Source: Folioceros fuciformis (lineage: Eukaryota). From it: a stretch of DNA of 44,431 bases. Position numbers and translations under genes: made by a program. This document shows positions 23,023 to 33,899 of the stretch, piece after piece. Positions within the stretch are counted from its first letter, which is position 1; every line of letters starts with the position of its first letter. The DNA lies in contig JBNGIO010005382.1 of assembly GCA_049999805.1 (NCBI GenBank), forward strand, positions 44,296-88,726. Reading direction: 5' to 3'. Below the pieces are notes generated by a model, which was not told where the DNA came from, searched no databases, and saw only the letters and a program-made list of their open reading frames with translations.

Positions 23023-26000
23023 ATGGGGAAACAAGGGCGTGGGAGACAAAAGAGGTCGGTTATGGTTACCCAGGGAATTTATTACTGCGGTTTTCACTTT
23101 TTAACTGGGGTGAGTGATATATGAATGACATGTGTGGGGATGCCTTGAAATTGAGAATCGACAGTACCTGGCGGTGTGAGGGCTGGGCTGTGAGAGCGCG
23201 CTGTGCTAGCCTCGGTAATTATGTATGCCGAGGGTACAGATTTCAGATGATCATGTTCTTGGATGGTGTGCTTAAGTGACCTAGGGTTTAAGATGCACAC
23301 TGCAGACCTGGGTGCTCACCCTTGGAAATTGCACTTCCTCACAGGAAGAACACAATGCGTGTTCCGAATGCAGATGCCTCGGATCGCCTTGGCAGTGGTG
23401 ACCCCAGCCCCACCAGGCACGCATTCTGCTCAAGCTGCCGGAAGCTGGCTGGGGTTTACGCCGTCTCGTGCTGTCCCTTGACTGGGTGTCGTCTGCTGCT
23501 TGGTGGTGCAGGTCTAAGAGGAGGCGGGTGGCGCTCGGTGCTCCGGACCCATCTTCTGCTGGTTCCTATTTTTGCCCCCTTTTTCCGACGGTGTTCTGAA
23601 TTTTGCGAATTTTAGGAGTTTGGTGCATTTGAGTTTTCTGGATTCAGGCTGCCAGCTGGATTGAAGTGGGAATTCCTTGTCTCCTGCAGCAGCCGGAGAG
23701 GGGAAAAGGGCCCTGTTTCACTGTAATTACTGCGGGAGGGATATTTCTGGCAACATCAGAGTCAAGTGTGCACAATGCAACGATTTCGATCTGTGTCTCG
23801 AGTGCTTTTCCGTTGGGGTGGAGCTCACTCCACACAAGAATAATCATGCCTATCGAGTTATTGTGAGTTCATGGTCTGCTTGGATGCTGCTGTTTCTGGT
23901 GCTGTGCCTGTCCTTGGCTGCTAGTCTGTTCTGAATCTGCACGTGGCAGGATAATTTGTCCTTTCCTCTCATCAGTCCAGATTGGATGGCTGATGAAGAA
24001 ATGCTGCTTCTGGAGGTAACTCCTCAGCTGTGCCCAGGGTGATTCTCTGCTTTCAGCCATGAAATTTTGGCTCCAGTTTTCATGGAGTTTGTGTTTGACA
24101 GCGGTTGTGTAACTTGGGTTTGCAGGGAGTGGAAATGTATGGGTTGGGAAACTGGGCAGAAGTTGCAGAGCATGTTGGGGTGAAAACCGCGGGAGAGTGT
24201 TATGAGCACTACATGGCTGCATATATGGATTCTCCGTTTGCCCCGCTGCCCGTAAGCCTCACCGAGTCTTCTATCCTTGTCATGTGTTTAGACCGGGGTC
24301 AAACCAGGAGTGAGTGCAGAACTGGGATTCTGACGTTTGTTTCGTTGGGCTCTTACAGGATTTAAGCCACCTGGCCGGTAAGACTAAATCTGATCTCTTG
24401 GCACTGGCCAAGACGATAGCGGACGGGAAGAGGGGTACGTCATTGGTGCTCTTTCTCGGTGTACTCTGAGAACCGGTTGCTTCATGCATTGAACTGATTT
24501 GTGACCTGTGCAGGCTTCCCTACCGTCAATGACGGCCTTAAAATGGTCAAGCAGGAGCCAAGCATTTCACCTGCGAGAGGAAGGTGAGAAGCTGCGGTTC
24601 TGCTGTTGTTGTCTTGGCTACAGGCGACTTCTGTCAGTGTCTGTCTTTTGTAAAAGTGCCCATTGCAGAGCAGAGTGCATCTTTCTGATTTCCATATGTG
24701 ATATTAAGGGTGGGCCATGCCTTTCCAGGATGGATGAGGGCAAAGACCGTGATGTGTCTGCAGACAGGCGCTCGCCCTCGACCAGTTCAAAAGGTATTGT
24801 CCGTCCACTAGTGATGTCTGCCGCACCATGGCACTGTTGAGAGAGTTAAGAGTATGAACGTGTCCTGTGAGAGGAAGTATGCATTGAGACAGAGGTGCAG
24901 CATCCATGATCGTAGACCAGTATTGCTTTTGGGCTTCCAAGAGTGGGGAAGAGAAGTTTTCTGTTTGAACTCTTCCGGACTCATACTCACTGTGTGAATA
25001 GCAGGACTGAAAGATGAAAAGCCTCTGTTCAAAGTCATGTCAAAGCAGGATGATGGAGGAGAAGGTATCGGTGGCCCAGCATCTCATGATCTTGGTGCAC
25101 CCAAGGGCACAGTAGCTGCAGCTAGGAAGACTGGTGGTGGTCAGACTAGAGAAAACTCCGAGGGAGCTACTGGGGTTTCTGAGGGTATGTACCGTCAAGA
25201 CGTGGACTTGAATCGCAAGGTTTGCAACGTGGAGGCTGGAAGGATTCATGTCTCGTTTGCTGTTGACCTGTAGATGGTGCCCATAGCAATCGGAGTCTTG
25301 GGGTGAAGAAGCCGAAGCCCTCAGCTGAGGATATCAAACCTGGAATCAATGGGATTGATCAAAGTGGCTACAATGCAAAACGTGATGAATTCGACACAGA
25401 GTATGACAATGATGCAGAAGGCCCTCTGTCTGAGATGGACTTCAAAGAGACAGATACCGAAACTGACCGCGAACTCAAGATCCGCATGCTGAATATCTAC
25501 AATGCAAGGTGATGACACTGATGGGAATTATGTTGCCTGTCGATCATTCAGTTAAGTGGTTTTCATACAATTTTTTTTGGCATGAGACCAACGGACCTCT
25601 CCATCTTGATTGCAGAGCCCTAAGTGTGCTGTGTCTGTTTCAGGCTTGATGAGCGGAAGCGGCGCAAGGAGTTTATCCTGTCCAGAGGTCTGTTGAATGT
25701 CAAAGCCCAACAAGCTCTAGACCGAAAGAGGTCCAAGGAAGAGCGGGAGCTGCACAATCGTGCGAAGGTTTTCATGCGATATCACTCTCAGGAAGATCAT
25801 GATAGCTTGCTTGAGGGGCTGTTAAAAGAACGGAGGCTGCGACAAAGAATCGAGGAGTTGCAGGTTAGAGACGCTCCGCATAACTCGGTGCGTCCAGTAC
25901 GTTGTCGTTGTTTTCCAGTGTTAATCGCCGAGAAACGCCAACATTTCTCACGACATACCTTTACCCCTTCGTTCAGGAACTGAGAAGGGCTGGGTGCCAG

Positions 26001-26629
26001 ACGTTGGGAGAAGGGGAGGCGTATATTTCGGAGAAGAAACGGCGGGAAACAGAGGCGAATGCCAGAAAAGCTCGGGAAAGCGCATCATATCTTTACCGGG
26101 GAAAGGTAGCCCACAGGTCAAACCGATATGTGAACAGGGATAGAGACGCTGATCCAACCTCTGCAGGCAACTTGAAGGAGCCCCAAAAGTCTAGGGGCGC
26201 CGGTGCCCATCACCCTCTGAGCAGTAGCATGCTTCCAAGTAGTGGGAGGGGAGCAAGGCGGGAAACCTCGCCTTTAGATCTGTCGGGTCTTTCAGGGACT
26301 GAGTTGCTGTCACAAGCTGTACGTCTTTTTACAATCCCCTCTTTCATCTCATCTCCTGTGACAAGTACTGCAGGGTCTGACTTGTGATTTGGAATAATGC
26401 GCAGGAACAAGAGCTATGCTCGCAGTGCAGACTTTTCCCAGCCCACTACCTGCAGATGAAGGAGAAGCTCATGTTGGAAAGCCTGAAGAAAGGGCAAGTA
26501 CGCAGAGCTGTTGCTTATGGCATGTTCAAAGTCGACCCCGTGAAGACGGACCGTGTTTTTGAGCTCTTGGCGGGAAGGGGATGGATTCAAGGTGACAGTC
26601 CGCCGATGCTTCCTCCTCCGGACCGATAG
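23023..26629 (+). CDS. ADA2: Transcriptional adaptor ADA2 (SAGA HAT module; ZZ, SANT and SWIRM domains), ~14 exons
   Basis: ZZ finger [104 protein letters not shown]...KVDPVKTDRVF. Start at 23023 is tentative (alternative ATG at about 23355). Confidence 0.95.
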
Positions 26630-27137
26630 CATCGTGTCTGGACCCCATGTACCATTTCCATCCTTTGTACATTAATTCATTGCACGAATTATCGTGCCCA
26701 AACTGTTGGCCCAAGCCAGAATGACAACGAGCATTCTGTATCGAGTGTACGCGACTAACCAGACAGCATACGCACTGCATATCCAGCCGGTTGGCCTCCA
26801 AGGGGAGCCAGCAAGCCCAAACGATTCCATTCCCGCGTTACATTTTGCTTTCGCTTTCTGGTCTGGCGTCGAGATATGGATCGATGCTTGTGGTACCGGT
26901 ATACCGAATTATGTCGTGGGCGAGCCAGAGCTGATTCTGGAGCCCCGGCCTAGTGGACGCTTTGGAGAGGCATTGTACAATGTTCCACTGTCAGATGCTT
27001 AGGGAGACGAAGGCACTGTGGCTGAGTGAAGTCTTACAACACAGTTTTGGCAGCTTCAGAGGATTTTAAAGCTTCAGCATACCATTTCAAAGCGAGGCAC
27101 TTGGTTGGTGAAATTCTTCTTGGAAGTAGATTTGATC

Positions 27138-29098
27138 ATGGCGCTTCACCAATGTTCACAGGAATGGCCAGGTTTGCTTGCTTTGGAATTTGTGCCCGGA
27201 CCTGCTCTCAGTTGTGTACTATCAGAGTGACGTCTGTACACCTACTTCTTACTTACTGGTAAATGTTGCTGATTGTGGCCCGCAGGTGGGCATGAGGTAG
27301 CCCACAGCAACGGTATAGATGGAAATTTGGACGTGCACATTCCCGATCCAACTATTCTCATAGCTTTGCAGCCACCTCCTGGGGAAGGTGAACCTAGGTT
27401 GGATCTCGTGGTGTTGAGTGATTCTGAATCAGAATACGAGTATTCCAGCGAAGACGAGGTTGACAGGGACATTGTAGGGGAATCAGATAATGAAAGTGGA
27501 CAGAAGGACAACGATGAACATGGCAATAGGGACAGCGCAATCTTGGTAACCAATGAATGTAGAATTTGTGCAGCTTGTGCGTTCGGTTATGAGGATGAGG
27601 AATTGTTTCTTACTCTTCGACATTCAGACAACTGTAACACTGATGGAGACAGACGAGGAGATTCAGACAGAAATTGATGCTCTGTTGCAGCATGAAAGCG
27701 AGGTGATATCTGAATTTCCTCGCAGCAAACATAATTTGACAGTGCAAAGTGTGACCGTCAGTTGCACAGGGCTACTCTTCGTCAAAAAATCTTACTCTAT
27801 CGTCGTACATATTTCCTGCAGGCGGCGGAACTGCAGGAGATGCTGGAAGAGGAGTCATTGGCGTGTGTTAGATGTGAAGCGAGATTGGAGCTGTCTGAAA
27901 AATTTTCAGATCCTGACGAGGTGAGTTATGATTTTCAGCAGCAAGACTGGGCGTCCAAAGTGCAGGACTTGATGTCGACGGTGCCGGGTCCACCTGCACA
28001 GCGCAGCTGGCTGCAGCAACTGAGCAGGAGATGTACAACTATCAAAACATTTTGGAGGAAGATCTGCTCGAAGTTGAAGAGTACATCATCGGCATACAGG
28101 TAACTCCAGCGGTCTGATCGAATATCTCACACCTAAGTCTACACGCGCGTGTGCAATAAATGTGCCTCCACTGCATCTCGGTCCAGGGCGCGGGAAAATA
28201 AAGAAATGCTGAATTGCTTGTCGTGCAGGAACGGTTGGACGCTGCTGGGATCAGCCTGCCCGCCATCTATAAGGAGATTGAAAAGCTGGCTCCAGATCAC
28301 TGCAAAACGGATGCATGGAGGAAGAGGACGCACTGGGCTGGCTTGCAGGAAACATCGGAGGTGCTCAGTATCATTAAGGACGCAGACTCTGAGTTGGAGA
28401 AGAGCAGACCTGTCACAAGGTAAGTGCATGCATTGGCAAGACCTGAAACCTACCTGGAAGACTGTTCATAATGTGGCCAGTTTCTTGAGAGAAATAAGTA
28501 GTTGGCAATGCCCAAAGTAACATGAGCGTGTGTCGTGGATCGATCAGGCGTCGTGGGAGGACCTTCGAAGCTGGAGCCAGCGGAATGCTTGCTAGAAAGT
28601 TTGACCTATCCACCAGTGCAGATGCTCCAGTGGATCAGGGATGGCAAGCATTTGATGCTCGAACGGAGGCTGATGCAGATGCTAAGATATACGCGGCATC
28701 CACACCACAGGAAGCAGCTCAAGCACTGGGGTCCGAGGTTCCAGCAGCTGAAGAGGTTCGTTGCAATTTGTGATCACCTTGATCAAACATAATCGTTAAG
28801 ACGGGTGTGAGCTCACAGCTTAGTCTCGGGTAGGTGGAGGAGATTTCGGAATGGGAACACGCGGCAGGACCATTCTCTGAAGCCCTGAAGAATGAGGGAG
28901 AAAACGGTCTTACAAAGACACAGCGAGAGAACCTCAAGAAGGTACTCCACAATTTTTGAATCCGGGTCCGTTACTTTGGTAATTGCCTCACATCACAAAC
29001 GTGTAAAGAATCTCTCTTTGCAGATAGACGAGCAGAACGACGCTTGCAAGTACACAACAGTGAAGCCGAGAAAACGCAAAGGCGAATGGCTGCAGTAA
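27138..29098 (+). CDS. ATRX N-terminal-region-only protein, copy A, ~380 aa, 9 exons
   Basis: Exons 27138-27171, 27286-27545, 27628-27702, 27822-27920, 28007-28099, 28229-28419, 28548-28755, 28834-28941, 29024-29098. Translation EIDALLQHESEAAELQEMLEEESL...ERLDAAGISLPAIYKEIE...CKTDAWRKRTHWAG...RPVTRRRGRTFEAGASGML...YAASTPQEAA...EEVEEI is collinear with the plant ATRX/CHR20 N-terminus as I recall it. Confidence 0.82.
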
Positions 29099-29099
29099 G

Positions 29100-29203
29100 C
29101 AGGTTTATGTGATTGTAGAACAACTTCTTCGAACAGGTTTCTGTGGTTGTAGAACAACCTCTGAGAACAGGTTTATGTGACTCTTGAACAACCTCTGAGA
29201 GTT
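29100..29203. repeat. ~34-bp tandem repeat, 3 copies, right after the copy A stop
   Basis: caggttt(a/c)tgtg....gaacaac(c/t)tct recurs three times. Confidence 0.8.
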
Positions 29204-29227
29204 CGAGGCTTCTGGAAGAAAGATTTG

Positions 29228-29428
29228 CTTGAGAGGCCAAGGTGTTGCAGGCGGAGAAGAATTTGAAGGTTCTGGAGCCGAGAGGGTGGATAAGTCACTC
29301 CACAACATAGACATTCAAATCCAACCAAAGCTGGGCACGTTTCGTGCTTGCTAGATTTAGTAGAGCTAGCAATTTCAAGCTTTCCTACAGTCCAATGCAA
29401 TGCTTATTGGGTTTCAAGATGTACCCAG
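29228..29428 (-). pseudogene. Decayed duplicate of one exon plus flanking intron of the downstream U-box gene
   Basis: The minus strand encodes SDLSTLSAPEPSNSSPPATPWPLK versus SNLSILPAPEPSNSSPEATPRPPK at 34421-34350. The splice acceptor is mutated (gttgcag to gttgtgg). Intron similarity continues (gctagcaatt...atgtaccca). Confidence 0.8.
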
Positions 29429-29979
29429 GTACATTTTCGCATTCAAATATCTCTATCTTCGCATTCGGATATTTTTATCTTCTCAACCTCTGGAGCTGGC
29501 TGAAGTCAGTTTTTCTTTTGACCTCTCATAGCGGAGCTGTACCACATATTAATGGGATATAAGAAATAAAATGATAGGAAGACTGAATATTGAAATATCA
29601 TATATAATACCTATCTCTATTTATAGAGATATATATGTAGATAATAGAGAGATCATATCTCTCTTTGTGTATAGGTTTATATGATATTTAAAATTCAAAT
29701 TTCTCTAATAGAGATATAATATAGTGAACCCTAACTGAAATAGGGTTGAGATGTGCTTGCTGAAAGACGGCGTATCCATACCTCTTCTTCGTGTCTACTC
29801 TCTCGAAACAGTCGCAAAAGTGATAGTCGGGCATACTTAGTCTTAGTTTCTAGTCTCTTCGACAGTTTCAAAAGCGATAGTAGGGAGACGCGATAGTAGG
29901 GAGATGCAATAGTAGGGATACTGGACACATTTGCAAAAGTGATAGTAGGGATACTCGATACAATTTGCAAAAGCGATAG

Positions 29980-30723
29980 TAGTTGGGATTGCTGTATTCT
30001 TCTCTTTGTGTCTGTATCAGTTACTTATGTCTACTCTCTTTATAGATTTTGCACACAGTAAGAATGGGATGAAGTAACGATTGCTGTATTCTTCTCTTTG
30101 TGTCTACTCTGCTCATAGATTTTGCACATAGTACAAATGCGATGAGGTAATGATTGATGTATTCGCCTCTTTGTGTCTACTCTGCTGATAAATTTTGCAC
30201 AGTGTACAAATGTGATGAGGTAATGATTGCTGTATTCGNNNNNNNNNNNNNNNNNNNNNNNNNNNNNNNNNNNNNNNNNNNNNNNNNNNNNNNNNNNNNN
30301 NNNNNNNNNNNNNNNNNNNNNNNNNNNNNNNNNNNNNNTACAAATGTGATGAGGTAATGATTGCTGTATTCGCCTCTTTGTGTCTGTACCAGTTCTGTGT
30401 GTCTACTCTGCTAATAGATTTTGCACACGGTACAAATGTGATGAGGTAATGATTGCTGTATTCGCCTCTTTGTGTCTGTACCAGTTCTGTGTGTCTACTC
30501 TGCTAATAGATTTTGCACACGGTACAAATGTGATGAGGTAATGATTGCTGTATTCGCCTCTTTGTGTCTATACCAGTTCTTTGTGTCTACTCTGCACATA
30601 AATTTTGCACACACTACAGTTGGGATGAGGTAATGATTGTTGTATTCTTCTCTTTGTGTGTACCAGTTCTTTGAGTCAACCCTTTTGATAGATTTTGCAC
30701 ACAATACAGTTGGGATGAGGTAA
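29980..30723. repeat. Satellite array with ~92-bp and ~73-bp unit variants, interrupted by a 100-N gap (30239-30338)
   Basis: tacaaatgtgatgaggtaatgattgctgtattcgcctctttgtgtct... at 30339, 30431 and 30523 (period 92) and at 30132/30205 (period 73). Units decay at both edges. Confidence 0.93.
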
Positions 30724-30936
30724 CTGGCTTCAATTCTGTAGATGGTAGAGTGGAATGGGACATTCCAAATTCCAATATTCGTAATCGCATGATTTGCTAA
30801 AGCAAGATTCGCTGAGGTGATATTCACAATGTTATACCTTCTAGAGAAGATGGAGATCACGGCAATCTCATGGTGATAAAAGTCACTTAGGAATTAGACT
30901 TAAAGTATTCCAGTGGAAAACAGGTTGCTTAAGGAC

Positions 30937-33283
30937 ATGGAAGAAAGATTGGATAGTAAACTTGGAGAGAAGGATAGCGGAAAACTTGAAGAGAAGAAAC
31001 TTGAAGTGGCTAATGGTGTGGTATTCACTGACTCAAAGGTTTATGTTAAAGAAGAGGTTGACGAGCACATGCAAGGAAAGTCAGATGCTGAATGTGGAGA
31101 GAGGGACAGTGAAATACATATTGTAGAGGAGGAGATGCAAGAGGCTGATCCCATTATTTATTTAGGTTGGCAGCCACTTCCTCGGGGAGGTGCAGGCAAA
31201 TTGGATGGTGTGGTGTTAAGTGACTCAAAGCTTGGTACTGAAGAAGAGGTTGACAAGCACATGAAAGGAATACCAGATGCTGAACGTGGAGAGAGGGACA
31301 GCGAAATGCATATTGTAGAGGAGAAGAGACAAGAGGCTGATCCCATTATTTATGTAGGTTGGCAGCCACCTCTTCATGAAGGTGAAGCTAAAGTGTACTG
31401 TGTGGTGTTAAGTGACTCAAGGCTTGATAATGAAGAAGAGGTTGACGAGCACATGAAAGGAATTCCGGATGCTGAACATGGAGAGAGTGACGGCGAAATA
31501 CATGTGGCGAAGAAGAGTAAAAACTACGGGGCTAATCCACCTCCATGGGAAGGTGAAGCTAAGCTGGATAATAACCTGGATAATGGCATGGATATCGTGA
31601 TAGGTGATTCTGACTCATACTCTGAGTATTCCTCGCAAGGTTATGTTTCTGAGGACATGGAAGTGAGTTCAGATGATAAACATCTGGACAGAGAGGTGAT
31701 CCATAAATCATGCATAATTTGCGCAGCTTGAGCGTTTGGGGACAAGGTATATAGGTCTCTGACGCTTGGATTTCAATATGCAGACGGCAAGACCAATACA
31801 GACTGAGAGGGAGGCTCAGGAAGAAGTTGATGATCTGTTGGATCTTGAAATCCAGGTCATATTTGAATTCCATTTCAGCAAATATAATTGGACCGTGTGA
31901 ATTGTGACCACCGTTGTCCCTCCTACTCAATCGTTTTACAAATTTTGTGTAGGCGGCGAATCTGCTGGAGGATCTGGAAGATGAGTCCTTGTCTTGTCTT
32001 AGAAGTGAATGCAGATTGGAGCTATCTGAAAAAATCGCAGATTCTGATGAGGTGAGATATGATTCTCCACAGTGACACCACTAGTTGTCTGACGTGCTTA
32101 ATTTGATGTCGAGGGTGGTGTGTCTACCTGCACCCACGCAGCTGGATGCAGCAACTGAGGAGGAGATGGATATTTATAAAACCATTGTGAATGAACACCT
32201 GCTTAAAGTTCAAGAAGACATTGCCCGCTCACAGGTATGGCCAGTGGCCTGGTTGAGAATCTCATGTCTACCTCTATGGGTGCGTGTGCAATGCATGGGC
32301 CTTCACTGGATCACAGCCAAGCTGTGCTAACGAGCGAAAAGAATGAATGCTGAGCTGAGCTGAGTTGCTTGTCTGCAGGAACGGTTGCAAGCTGCTCATA
32401 TCAGCTTGCCCCACACGTACAAGAAGATTGAGAAGCTGGTTCGAAGTCGCTGCAAAACGGATGCATGGAAAAACAGGGCGCACTGGGCTGGCTCGCAAGT
32501 AACACCGGAGGTACTCAGTATCATTAACGGCGCAGAGTCTGAGTTGGAGAAGACCAGACCCGTGATGAGGTAAGTGCTCGCATTTGCAACAACTAGAACC
32601 TAGGCTGAAAGCGTCTCATGTGGTCAGTTTCTTGAGAGCTACAAGCAGTTGGCAATGCACAATGTAACAAGAGCGTGTGTGGTGCATCGATCAGGCTTCA
32701 TGGGAGAACCATGGAAGCTGGAGCCAGCGGAATGCTTGCCAAGAAGTTCCATCTACCCAATTGTGCACATGCTACACTGGATCAGGGATGGCTAGAATTT
32801 TATGTTCGAATGGAGACTGATGTGGATGCTAGGGTATACGCGGCATGCACACCACAGGAGGCAATTCAAGTACTGGAGTCCAAAATTCCTGCTGCCGACA
32901 TTTCAACTGTTAATGAGGTTTGTTAAAATTTGCGAATTAAGAATTTTCAGGCTGTGATACAATTGTTCACGAGGTTCTCACCGCCACGTCCCTCGTTGTT
33001 GCAGGACATCGCGAGATTGGAAGAAGTAGCAGCATCTTCCTCTGACGCCATGACGAACAAGGGAGGCATCACAAATATACGGCGAGAGAACATCAAGAAG
33101 GTATTCTAACTTTGAATTCGGGTCCCGCGCCATGAAACCCTTGACATGTATATAATCTCTATTTTACAGTTTGACGAACAGCACGAGCTCGCAACTGTGG
33201 AGAAAAATGGAACCAAAGAAACGGAGCGGCAAAACGCAATGGCATCTGTGAACAATCCTGTCAAGCCCTCACAAAGCTCCTGA
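30937..33283 (+). CDS. ATRX N-terminal-region-only protein, copy B, ~548 aa, 8 exons, with an N-terminal 64-aa acidic repeat
   Basis: Exons 30937-31695, 31784-31855, 31953-32051, 32142-32234, 32379-32569, 32695-32917, 33005-33100, 33170-33283. Same intron positions as copy A. Motifs CKTDAWKNRAHWAGSQVT, RLHGRTMEAGASGMLAKK, YAACTPQEA. Confidence 0.82.
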
Positions 33284-33899
33284 ATCTGAAACCTCCTACA
33301 GTTAGGGGCTTCCAGAGGCTTCAAGGATAGTGACTAGAATAGCCGACAGGGAACGCAGTCGGAGGCTATTTTGAATGCGCTAAACAGCTACGTGGAATCC
33401 GTATGTATGTAGGACAGAAACTTGTTGCAAAAATCCAGCCTTTACACTTTCAAGAACGACGCTCCTGCAACCTGAGCTTTCTTTGCCCAGCTGCAAAATG
33501 AGAAACGAAAGAAGATGATCAATAACGCGTACGATACTTCCCGACCTATTGCAGTTGGCAAACCTCATGTCTTACGCATCAAGAAATATGCCCAGGGACC
33601 TCCTCACACAAGCAGTCATGGATTGGATGGACCAACAACTACACCAGATAAGCAAAACTACGATGGGTTATTCTATAGACCGTAGCCTGAAATATAGTAA
33701 TCAGACAATAGTAAGGAACAAGCAGCCGCGGTGAAATCACCTCATATATACATATGAGAAGAAGAACATGTACACTATTGCCGCAAGAAATTACTCTCCA
33801 AAAGACATTCCTTCCAAGGCCTGCATATAAAGTACATAATTGGCATAACGAGTTACTCTCTTGTATATTTCTTGTTTCTACATATGCCCTGGTAACGAG

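Noticed and set aside
29560-29730. MITE-like AT-rich hairpins (TATCTCTAT/ATAGAGATA)
   Set aside because: Low complexity; no clear TIR/TSD pair could be defined by eye.
29980-30723. CRISPR-like array
   Set aside because: Units are contiguous with no unique spacers, there are no cas genes, and the context is eukaryotic; it is a satellite.
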